In this document: positions 8,209 through 16,645 of the stretch, in pieces
How the letters are laid out: the number at the start of each line of letters is the position of its first letter
Numbering within the stretch: the stretch's first letter is position 1
Assembly: GCA_037447435.1 (NCBI GenBank)
Contig: JBBIGR010000016.1
Location: forward strand, 1 to 64,000
Direction of reading: 5' to 3'
DNA: 64,000 bases
Source: Fibrobacteria bacterium
Lineage (GTDB): Bacteria > Fibrobacterota > Chitinivibrionia > Chitinivibrionales > FEN-1185
Program-made: the position numbers and the translations under genes
The notes under the pieces: generated by a model
Databases searched by the model: none
Told to the model about the DNA's origin: nothing
Seen by the model: only the letters and a program-made list of their open reading frames with translations

Positions 8209-8343
8209 TTTCGGATTATCCTTTTTAGGCTTCTCTAACCCGCATGGACGCGGGTGATTCCTCGGGCACAAAACAAACGATTAAATCTGGTCACCTAAAT
8301 CTTCTTAGGCGGCGTCTATAATTGATTGGTGCAAATTTATTGC

Positions 8344-8423
8344 TTACAACGTTTTGCCGTATGCCTGCTGAAGCTGACTACACCTGACTTTGATGCAGCT
8401 TTGGCAGGCTACGGCTGTTAGCT
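8344..8423 (-). repeat. integron attC site (80 bp)
   Basis: Minus strand AGCTAAC-AGCCGTAGCCTGC ... GCAGGCATACGGC-AAAAC-GTTGTAA with an extrahelical base, 6 nt after the stop codon. Confidence 0.9.
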
Positions 8424-8429
8424 GCTGAA

Positions 8430-9101
8430 TTACCGCTGCTTTCCTCCTGCGCCGCTCTTCTGCCTTATTCTTTTCTTAGTTTCTTTTAATGCCTTCTTGA
8501 TTTTAGCTGGTGTTAACAAGTGAGATTTGCAGTAGTCACAATATGGCAACTTCTTTTTGGCTCTATTTGTTAGTTCTTCAATTCTATTAGGATTTATTAT
8601 TTTTACCTTACAATAGTTACATTTGAAAGAAATCTCATCTGTTTTCCAGAAACCAATGGTGACCTGATACTTCTTTTCCTTTTTAACGAAAGTTATTTCT
8701 GTGTCCATTATTTCATTTTCAGCCCATAATCGAGAAAAAAGGATTGATACATCAAGATTCTTTACTCCATAGAAATCGCATTGATATAGAACTGGGTCTT
8801 TCTGGTATTGTTCAGCGGAAAGAACCGGCAATTTCACCTTATTTCTTATATCATTGAAATCTTCACGGTCACTATCACGATAAATTAGCATTGATATTTG
8901 CTTTGCTTTTAAATCCAAAATGAATTTGCTTACTCCGCCTTCATGAAAGAAGGAATCTCCGAAATATTTCAGAAGATCCTTTCCACCTGAGAAATCAACA
9001 GTATTCAAGTAAGCGTAATATTGTACCACTGCTTTGAAATAGTTTTTAGGCGATCTGTCTTCTTCATCATAACGGAATTCTTTATGTAAAGTGAATTTCA
9101 T
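8430..9101 (-). CDS. hypothetical cassette protein
   Basis: 223-aa ORF with a purine-rich RBS region; FHEG motif and C-terminal CxxC pairs. Confidence 0.75.
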   Translation of the reverse strand: MKFTLHKEFRYDEEDRSPKNYFKAVVQYYAYLNTVDFSGGKDLLKYFGDSFFHEGGVSKFILDLKAKQISMLIYRDSDREDFNDIRNKVKLPVLSAEQYQKDPVLYQCDFYGVKNLDVSILFSRLWAENEIMDTEITFVKKEKKYQVTIGFWKTDEISFKCNYCKVKIINPNRIEELTNRAKKKLPYCDYCKSHLLTPAKIKKALKETKKRIRQKSGAGGKQR

Positions 9102-9180
9102 TCTTCGGCCTACCTTTTTCCCTTTTATTTGCCTTTCTTAGCGGCGCATCTTCCTTCTTGCAGCGGTAATCTTGCAGCTA

Positions 9181-9837
9181 ACTACCGAAAGTATGCTAGC
9201 AGACTTTCGTCAAAATGACATCTATTATACATATTCGGAATTATAAATCTCAAATTTGAATATCGATGAAAAATTTATTGGATCTTTTTTCCAACTCCAT
9301 TCCTCTTCCCCCAAATAGCCTTGTCTTAACTTAATCTATTACGCAATCTCCACCAAACCCAAACTTCCCTTCCCCTTGTTAATATCGTCCTTCAATACCC
9401 ACAAAGTCAAATAATTCCGCTTATTATACCAAATCAATCTTAAGTGTAATCAAACGTTGATTACACCTTAACTAACGCAATGCCAATGCTTTATGAAAAA
9501 AAGGAAAAATTCGAAAACATGCCGTCGTGGCGAAACGGAAGGGTATATTCAATCAAAATTGTTTTTTTTTAAGTTATTCTTTTTTCCACACGCGAAGGAA
9601 AAAGACTTTTCGAATTTTTCAAAAAAGCCTTCATCGATGCCCAATATAAAAAAGATTGCAAAATTACCTGACAAGAATTGGAATACCAAATCGAGCACTT
9701 GGTGAGCGACTATAAGTAATTCATATTCTTTAGAGAAGGAAGATAAGGGGATCTTCAATATTTGGGCGCTAAGGTGAAAAAGCCGGAGACGCTGACAAAG
9801 AAGAAGTGCAAAGAGAAGATCGGGAGTTTTGGGTAGT
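9181..9837. repeat. non-coding array-leader module, copy B (with about 220 bp extra internal sequence)
   Basis: Aligns to 4060-4435 over 9181-9555 and to 4433-4496 over 9775-9837; abuts core GTTAGCT. Confidence 0.85.
9423..9466 (-). promoter_or_regulatory. candidate cassette promoter (Pc) with palindromic operator, copy B
   Basis: Identical to 4303-4346. Confidence 0.55.
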
Positions 9838-9838
9838 C

Positions 9839-10516
9839 TTATCCTATTGCTTCAAAACATTTGTCAATTTGATTCTTTGTAAATTGAACAATTAGCTTTC
9901 CTAGGTGAAAAACTTCAGTTGAAAATAATTTGGGTTGTTCATTATCAATCTCAAAATTAATTTCAGAGTTATGAATTGCTGATTGGATCTCAAGGGGCAT
10001 TTTCCTAATATCGAAACCACCCTTTATTTTAAAATCTATATAATCTTTGAAGCTAATACATTTTGAAACTTCTTCGGAATTAGGCTTTTCTTGAAAAAAG
10101 TGATAATAAAGCCAAATTTCAAATGATGGATTACTTTGTGCTACAAACCAACTTTTATGTTTATCGTTTTTTTCTTTTACATAAGATTTTAATTCGTTTA
10201 TTTTGTTATCTTCATTCCACCTATCGGTATCTATAACGAACCATACCTCATCTTCATATTCTTTACTTAGTTTGTAAGTAGCATCAATTTCATCATTGCC
10301 AAAAAATCGTGCATTTGCATTATTCTTTAGTTTTTCCGGATCAGTTTTACCGTCTTCACTTGGAATTGGTATTATATCAATATTTGAAGATAAGCCTTGG
10401 AAAAAAATAAAATAATCGACTTCCCTTTTCTGACCTTCGCAAAAAATATAGATTTTTTTAGCGGTTTTAAAAGGTTCAAGCTTCTGATACAATTTATTAC
10501 GAGTTAAGTATCTCAT
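9839..10516 (-). CDS. rloB: RloB family protein (AbiLii-like, TOPRIM-like)
   Basis: IFCEG..E..YF, VWFVIDTD, SNPSFEIWL.YHF and STEV..L motifs. Confidence 0.9.
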   Translation of the reverse strand: MRYLTRNKLYQKLEPFKTAKKIYIFCEGQKREVDYFIFFQGLSSNIDIIPIPSEDGKTDPEKLKNNANARFFGNDEIDATYKLSKEYEDEVWFVIDTDRWNEDNKINELKSYVKEKNDKHKSWFVAQSNPSFEIWLYYHFFQEKPNSEEVSKCISFKDYIDFKIKGGFDIRKMPLEIQSAIHNSEINFEIDNEQPKLFSTEVFHLGKLIVQFTKNQIDKCFEAIG

Positions 10517-10520
10517 AGGG

Positions 10521-11858
10521 TTACCAATTTAAATCTTTAAAGTTGGCTAAAAATGGAATTCCTCCATATCTACCATTTAAATATCCTTTTTCAATATCAA
10601 TGGTATTATGAATTTTGAAGTCACTTAAAGAATAAATTTTAGATGATCCATCACAATCTTTTTGAGTGAACCATATTTCATCGGGTCTGATAAATTTCTG
10701 GTCAAGTAAGTTTGATTCGTGGGTTGTAAAAATTAATTGCCCTTTAACATTTTCATCGAGAGCTATTTTAGAAATTATTTCTTTTATTGTAATTGGATGA
10801 ATACTTCTTTCAATTTCATCAATTAAAATTACCTTGTTATTACAAATGATTCCTTGAAAAGCAGGAATATAATCAATTAATCTTTTGGTCCCATCCGATT
10901 CTTGACTTAAATTAAATTCGATATCAACATCATTTAAATTTTTATGACTTGTAATTAGCCTTTTAATCACCATTTCATTATTTTCGTAAACCGCTGTTAT
11001 TTCTTCACCTGTTTCTCCATTAGTAAGTGCTAAATGATTTTTTTGAGAATTTTTTAAATTTTCTAACATGTCTTTTACGAATTGTCCATTCTCTTTATCA
11101 AAAAAATCCTCAGATTTCTTTTTTTCTATTTCAATTTTTGAAATTCCAGTATTTAAACTTGAAATAAAGTTATTAGCAAAGTCTTTTGTATCTGATTCTT
11201 TATCAAAGAGATGTGCAATGCAAATAGGTTTTGAATCTGGTTTAATAATAACTAATGTATTTTTAAACCAATCAAAAGCAAATTGAATACTTTTAAAATC
11301 TTCTGGATATTTTTTACTTAAGAATGTAATTAATAAATCATCTTTTTGAATTAATTTATCAGATAACACTTCTGTGAAGAGTTTTTCCTTATCAGTTTTA
11401 TAATACTCCTTATAAAAAACAATATTTTTTAAACCATCTTCGCAAGTTCTTTCAAAAATCAAAGTGTCTTCATCTTTCGAACTTTCGGCTAAATACTCGT
11501 TTAAAATTTCATTGTGATCAAAAGTCAGAGTATAATAATAAGCTTTTCCGTTAGAAATAAATTCAATCGCAAGTGAAATAGGCAAAGAATAATTTTTATC
11601 ATCAAGTTTAAATTTTAAATCGTCGGAATTTATTATGAGCTTCCCATTTAAAACCATTTTCCTTAATAGAGAAATAGATTTTATCAAGTTGGATTTACCA
11701 GAGCCATTTGCACCATAAATAGCACTATATCGTAAAATCTCAAAATTTCCACTTTTTATTTTATGATGCTCTAGTCTTTGGGTTTTATTCGGGAATAAAT
11801 TAAACTCTGTTTCGGATTTAAAAGAAAAAATGTTTTTGGCAACGAAGCTTATTAACAT
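10521..11858 (-). CDS. rloA: RloA/AbiLi-like ABC-type (AAA_21) ATPase
   Basis: GANGSGKS Walker A, ESDGT signature, LIDEIERSIHP, FTTH, YLNGRYGGIP. Confidence 0.9.
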   Translation of the reverse strand: MLISFVAKNIFSFKSETEFNLFPNKTQRLEHHKIKSGNFEILRYSAIYGANGSGKSNLIKSISLLRKMVLNGKLIINSDDLKFKLDDKNYSLPISLAIEFISNGKAYYYTLTFDHNEILNEYLAESSKDEDTLIFERTCEDGLKNIVFYKEYYKTDKEKLFTEVLSDKLIQKDDLLITFLSKKYPEDFKSIQFAFDWFKNTLVIIKPDSKPICIAHLFDKESDTKDFANNFISSLNTGISKIEIEKKKSEDFFDKENGQFVKDMLENLKNSQKNHLALTNGETGEEITAVYENNEMVIKRLITSHKNLNDVDIEFNLSQESDGTKRLIDYIPAFQGIICNNKVILIDEIERSIHPITIKEIISKIALDENVKGQLIFTTHESNLLDQKFIRPDEIWFTQKDCDGSSKIYSLSDFKIHNTIDIEKGYLNGRYGGIPFLANFKDLNW

Positions 11859-12044
11859 ATTAATACCTTTCCGTGGGAATTTCACGCCAAATCCCAGTTA
11901 AAATAGTATTTTGCATTGCATTAATCAAAATATACAATGGAAACGTGAATTTGACACGGTTAATTGCTATAAATAACAATTGAAATTCTTTTATAAATAG
12001 TTAAAAATTCCGGATATTCGTTGCATTATTATTCTACCATAGCA

Positions 12045-12068
12045 AGGAGCCCCTTTTACGAGGCTCCT
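12045..12068 (-). terminator. hairpin downstream of the DUF6261-like gene
   Basis: AGGAGCC...GGCTCCT stem; weak U-tract. Confidence 0.45.
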
Positions 12069-12081
12069 CATTGTTTCCCCC

Positions 12082-12858
12082 TCACCCGGGAGTGGAATTA
12101 TCCGCTGCGGGTTTGGGAGCCGGTTCGGGTTTCGGTGAAGATGATGCCGAATTTGAACGGGTTTTCCGGCTATGCGCTTTTGTCATTATATCGGTGATGG
12201 CTTCATTGAGTTCGGAAATTATTCCGCTAAATTCCGAATCGGTTTCGGCTTGTGCATCGACATAATGGAGTATCTTGGTAATATGATACCCGACCTCATT
12301 ACATTGGCTCCGTGCATCGGACGATGGCGCTTCTTTGGCCTCGGCAGCTATTTTGGTTTGATACGATTCCTTGTATGCATCCTGCGCATCGGCCAGCGAT
12401 TTCACGATATCCGCTATTCCAAGTTGGGTGACAAAATTCTGCGCAATGGGGTCCTTGAATTTTTCCAATATGGAAAGTATCGCCCCGGATTTCTTTGTGG
12501 CCCCGGACTTGTCGGCCCGGTTTCCTTTGATCAAGGAAAGAAGATATTCCGCACCGGTTTTCGTATCGGGCCTCACTTCGATGCCGGAAGATCCTTCAAG
12601 ACAATTATACAGGCTGCGTAAGGCGACATTACGGGCCTCGTCTTTTTTCGCAAGATCTTCGGTAAAATGTTTGTCCCTCATTGTTTTAAGCATCATCTCC
12701 AACTTGGAAGACGAGCCCATCATTTTCACACATTGGCTTTTCACGAACGGATCTTGTATCGCATTTCGGGAAAAGATCTCGTCGAATATGTCTGCGCAAG
12801 CGACAAATTCGCTCGGGACAAGCAATGAAGTCGAAAATTCTTTTATTTCCTTATTCAT
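12082..12858 (-). CDS. DUF6261-like helical protein
   Basis: T..L...D..RN.AL..L, LGI..IV..L..AQ..Y and I.ELN..I patterns with a Pro-rich tail; AAGGGAG RBS before ATG 12858. Confidence 0.7.
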   Translation of the reverse strand: MNKEIKEFSTSLLVPSEFVACADIFDEIFSRNAIQDPFVKSQCVKMMGSSSKLEMMLKTMRDKHFTEDLAKKDEARNVALRSLYNCLEGSSGIEVRPDTKTGAEYLLSLIKGNRADKSGATKKSGAILSILEKFKDPIAQNFVTQLGIADIVKSLADAQDAYKESYQTKIAAEAKEAPSSDARSQCNEVGYHITKILHYVDAQAETDSEFSGIISELNEAITDIMTKAHSRKTRSNSASSSPKPEPAPKPAADNSTPG

Positions 12859-13028
12859 GCAAACTCCCTTCTCACAAAAAATGGTAAATGATTTTTTAAA
12901 AACAGTTGTTTTATACTGCAAATACCATACCGATTTTTTTATGAAGAAAATCGGTCATGCAATGACATTAAAAATTTGAAAGGGAACAAATATCATCACG
13001 CAAGCGTATAAAATTTCTCGGGAATGCG

Positions 13029-13443
13029 AAAACGTACCTTGCAGGGCCATAAAAAAAATGTAGAAGGTCAAACAGTACCTTGCACGGCCAGCTCATTATT
13101 GCGGATAAGAATGCAAGACCTTGTTTGGACAATTCCATTATTGGAGTTGCGAAAACAAGGTCTCGCACGGCCATTTCATTATTGGAGTTGCGAATTCAGT
13201 ACCTTGTTTGGCGAACTGCATTATTGCAAATAAGAAAACAGTACCTCGCAGGACCATTAAAAATTTTGCGGAGTCAAAAACAGACCTCGCAAGGGCATCA
13301 AAAATTTTGCGGAGTCAAAAACGGACCTCGCAGGACCATCAAAAATTTTGGGGAATAAAAAACGGACCTCGCAAGGGCTTCAAAAATTCTGCGGAATAAA
13401 AAACGGACCTTACAAGGCCAACAAAAATTTTGCGGATTAAAAA
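13029..13443. repeat. degenerate tandem repeat, 10 units of 41-42 bp
   Basis: ACCT anchor at 13036, 13077, 13118, 13160 (variant GTCT), 13201, 13243, 13284, 13325, 13366, 13407. Confidence 0.9.
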
Positions 13444-13529
13444 TTGTTATGGTTTTTGTTGTTGTGGTATTTGAATTCAAAATGTGATTTCCGGATTCCT
13501 AATTTCCGATCCCCATTTTACGATTTTCC

Positions 13530-13557
13530 GTAGAGACGTAGCGCGCTACGTCTCTAC
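13530..13557. repeat. GTAG-type REP palindrome
   Basis: Perfect palindrome GTAGAGACGTAGCGCGCTACGTCTCTAC; relatives at 15593 and 48835. Confidence 0.85.
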
Positions 13558-13749
13558 ATTAAAAAAAATCCATAAAAAAATATTCCCGCGGCATTTTTAA
13601 ATGAAAATATTTATAAATTTCCCCTCTCATTTTCATTTTGATACGCAAATTGTCAATTAATACAAGGATGATACGGAAACGGTTTTCGCATTCTTTGTAA
13701 AAAAATTCCAAATTATGGGAAATAGGGAGGTCGAACGATATGATTAAAT

Positions 13750-13797
13750 AAAAAACCCCTCAATTATGACATTGTTGCCAAGATTAAGGGGTTTTTT
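13750..13797 (-). terminator. hairpin at the tRNA 3' flank
   Basis: AAAAAACCCCT ... AGGGGTTTTTT inverted repeat directly after CCA. Confidence 0.55.
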
Positions 13798-13872
13798 GGC
13801 TGGAGTGGAGGGATTCGAACCCCCGACCCAGTGGTTAACAGCCACTTGCTCTGCCGACTGAGCTACACTCCA
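13797..13872 (-). tRNA. tRNA-Asn(GTT)
   Basis: Acceptor stem TGGAGTG/CACTCCA + G + CCA; anticodon arm GTGG-CTGTTAA-CCAC; GTTCGAATC T-loop; 76 nt. Confidence 0.97.
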
Positions 13873-14065
13873 GTAAGCTATAGAATAGCCCCATAAAAAT
13901 ATATATTCTTTCCGTAATAGTCAAAAGTTTTTAACGGCCATTGGACATTTCCCTAACCTCTGGCCCCTCTCCCAATAATAATTTATAATGAATGCGCGTT
14001 TATACTAACGGCGGAATTTTAGACCGGTTTATATATAATACATATAATAAAGGAAGAAACGGAAC

Positions 14066-14818
14066 ATGCGTCTGCGCTTTTTGCTTTTTATCGTATCGTA
14101 CTTTTGCCTAGCCGTTGCACAGAATTCACCCAAATCGGTACCAACGACAACGCCGACCGTATTGAGAACGATTCCCCACGACATGCAGGCTTTTACGCAG
14201 GGATTGTTTTATTATAAAGGATTTTTATATGAAAGTACCGGTCTTTACGGCCAATCGAAGCTGCGACTGATAGATCCGTCGAACGGCACGGTGATCAAAT
14301 CGGTTGTTGTGCCCGATGTTTTTGCCGAAGGATTATGCCGCACCGATTCCTTTTTGGTCCAATTGACCTGGAAAGAACAGGCTGCGATAAAATATTCGGA
14401 AAATGATTTCGCGGTCAAAGGATCGTTTTCCTATTCCGGAGAAGGCTGGGGCCTTACCTACAACGGGACCAACTATATCATGAGCAATGGGTCCGATACG
14501 TTATATATGCGGAACAAGAATTTCTCGGTGATCAAAAAGATTCCCGTTACCTGCGAAAGAAAACCGCTGCGGGAGTTGAACGAACTCGAATATGTCAATG
14601 GATTGATCTATGCAAACGTATGGTTCAACAATAATATTTACGTCATTCAACCGTTAAGCGGAAACGTCGTCCGCATCATCGATTGCATGCCGCTTGTCAT
14701 AAAAAACGCTTCCGCAAGCGACCAGGATGTTTTGAACGGCATTGCCTATAACGACAAAACCCGGACGTTTTACGTGACCGGCAAAAACTGGCAATATATC
14801 TTCGAAGTGAAAATGTAG
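14066..14818 (+). CDS. glutaminyl-peptide cyclotransferase (secreted)
   Basis: PHD..AFTQGL, ESTGLYG, FAEGL, GEGWGL, LNELE, VLNGIA and VTGKNW motifs. Confidence 0.93.
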   Translation: MRLRFLLFIVSYFCLAVAQNSPKSVPTTTPTVLRTIPHDMQAFTQGLFYYKGFLYESTGLYGQSKLRLIDPSNGTVIKSVVVPDVFAEGLCRTDSFLVQLTWKEQAAIKYSENDFAVKGSFSYSGEGWGLTYNGTNYIMSNGSDTLYMRNKNFSVIKKIPVTCERKPLRELNELEYVNGLIYANVWFNNNIYVIQPLSGNVVRIIDCMPLVIKNASASDQDVLNGIAYNDKTRTFYVTGKNWQYIFEVKM

Positions 14819-14822
14819 GGGA

Positions 14823-15578
14823 CTATTTCGTATTTATCAAAGCCGCCGCATAGCCCGCACCGAATCCGTTGTCGATATTGACAACCGTCATTCCGGATGC
14901 GCAGGAGTTAAGCATTGCGAACAACGGGACCAGCCCGTTTAAATGCGATCCGTAGCCCACGCTCGTGGGCACGGCAACGACCGGACAGGCGACTAGTCCG
15001 GCGACGACCGACGGCAAAGCGCCTTCCATGCCCGCAACCACGACGATCACGGACGCCTCGAGTATTTCCTTTTGATGCGAAAACAAACGATGGATTCCGG
15101 CAACGCCGACATCATTGAGGACTTTACACGGATGGCCGAGAATTTCGACCGTGGATTTCGCCTCTTCCACAACCGGCATATCGGAGGTACCGGCCGAAAC
15201 GATGAGTACATTGCCTTTGGCGTGTTCCTTGGGTTTCCAATGCGCGGATTTTTTCCAAAAACACCGGCCCGCCTTGTTTATCTCCACGCCCGGAATTTCG
15301 GTTTCCAATAAATCAATTGTTTCCTTGGTCGCACGCGTGCCGAACGCGGTCTCTTCGTGCTGCAGAATGTGTTGCGTGATTTTGAGCACCTGTTCGGGGG
15401 TTTTATTTTGGCAATAGATGACTTCGGGATATCCTTTTCGCAAGGAACGATGATGGTCTATGTGTGCGAATCCCATGTCTTCGAACGGCAATCCGGCAAG
15501 CTTTTTCATGGCATCCGTAATTGAAATGGATTGATCCGAAACCGATTGCAATATGGACCGAAGATGGCTGTTTTCCAA
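14823..15578 (-). CDS. larB: nickel pincer cofactor biosynthesis protein LarB (PurE-like)
   Basis: DHHR..R.G.PE, AGTSD.PV.EEA, DVGVAGIHRL, AGMEGALPS, VPTSVGYG and NIDNGFGA motifs. Confidence 0.92.
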   Translation of the reverse strand: MENSHLRSILQSVSDQSISITDAMKKLAGLPFEDMGFAHIDHHRSLRKGYPEVIYCQNKTPEQVLKITQHILQHEETAFGTRATKETIDLLETEIPGVEINKAGRCFWKKSAHWKPKEHAKGNVLIVSAGTSDMPVVEEAKSTVEILGHPCKVLNDVGVAGIHRLFSHQKEILEASVIVVVAGMEGALPSVVAGLVACPVVAVPTSVGYGSHLNGLVPLFAMLNSCASGMTVVNIDNGFGAGYAAALINTK

Positions 15579-15592
15579 TTATCCCCCTTGTG

Positions 15593-15663
15593 GTAGAGAC
15601 GTAGAGCCCTACGTCTCTACAAAGGGCCCTGCGTCTCTACCACAAGGGCCCTGCGTCTCCTAC
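15593..15663. repeat. GTAG-type REP plus two tandem half-copies
   Basis: GTAGAGACGTAGAGCCCTACGTCTCTAC followed twice by AAGGGCCCTGCGTCTC(C)TAC. Confidence 0.8.
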
Positions 15664-15694
15664 AAATATATCACAAATATACCATTTTAAAAAA

Positions 15695-16645
15695 TCATAT
15701 GTCTAAAGAAAGATTTTCAAGCAAATTGCGCAATTCCGAAATCTTTTGCGCCTTAAAAACATGAGACCGCAATGCCGAAGCGCCATTCAGGCCCTTCGTA
15801 TACCAGCACAAATGTTTTTTCATTTCTCCCAGCGCGTGTTTTTCGCCGTATTCGGACACGGATTGTTCCAGATGCGTTAGCGCGGTATCGACCCGCTCCT
15901 TCGGCGTGGGCAATACGACCGGGCTTTGCGAAAAAGCCTGCTTGATTTGAGAAAAAATCCACGGGTTGCCGAATGTTGCCCGTCCGATCATGATGGAATC
16001 GCAACCGGTTTGGTTTTTCATCTCCAAGGCATCGGCGGCGCTATTGATGTCCCCGTTTCCGATCACGGGTATCGACAGTTCTTTTTTTACAAGCGCGATT
16101 CTTTCCCAATAAGAATGCCCGGAAAAGCCCATGGTCTTTGACCGGGGATGCAGGGTCAGGGCTTTGACCCCGCACTCCTGCGCGGCCTGCGCAAAGGCGA
16201 TGTCGCACCATTGATGTTCGTACCATCCGGAGCGGATCTTTACCGTAATAGGCACCGAGACTGCGCCTACCAGCGCGCGCAGCATTTCTTTATAGAGACC
16301 GATATCTTTGAGCAGCGCTGCTCCGCCGTTTCGTCCGACCACTTTCGGTACGGGGCAACCGCTGTTCAAATCGATAAAATCCGGATGAACGGTATTAACG
16401 ACGATTTCGGCCGCGCGCGCCATATGATCGGGGTTTGCGCCGAACAGTTGTATGCCGATGGGACGCTCGGTTTCCGAAAACGCAAGCAATCCCGCGGTTG
16501 CCTTAGACCCGTAAAACAGGCCCTCGGCGCTGACCATTTCCGAAACGAGGACGTCGGCGCCGTGTTGTTTGCAAATGCTTCTGAATACTTTGTCGGTAAT
16601 GCCGGCAAGGGGGGCGCAAACGACCTTATTGCGAAATAAATCCAC
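15695..16645 (-). CDS. dusB: tRNA-dihydrouridine synthase B
   Basis: APLAGITD, IQLFG, DLNSGCPVPKV, VKIRSGW, VIGNGDI, MIGR...GNPW. Confidence 0.93.
   Translation of the reverse strand: MDLFRNKVVCAPLAGITDKVFRSICKQHGADVLVSEMVSAEGLFYGSKATAGLLAFSETERPIGIQLFGANPDHMARAAEIVVNTVHPDFIDLNSGCPVPKVVGRNGGAALLKDIGLYKEMLRALVGAVSVPITVKIRSGWYEHQWCDIAFAQAAQECGVKALTLHPRSKTMGFSGHSYWERIALVKKELSIPVIGNGDINSAADALEMKNQTGCDSIMIGRATFGNPWIFSQIKQAFSQSPVVLPTPKERVDTALTHLEQSVSEYGEKHALGEMKKHLCWYTKGLNGASALRSHVFKAQKISELRNLLENLSLDI

Noticed and set aside
9493..9758. Short ORFs as an intI remnant
   Set aside because: No tyrosine recombinase motifs; the equivalent frame stops after 20 codons in copy A
13029..13443. CRISPR array
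   Set aside because: Units are contiguous degenerate tandem copies with no unique spacers, and no cas genes are in the window
12968..13480. Several short ORFs over the tandem repeat
   Set aside because: The 41-bp period shifts frame every unit; these ORFs are repeat artefacts
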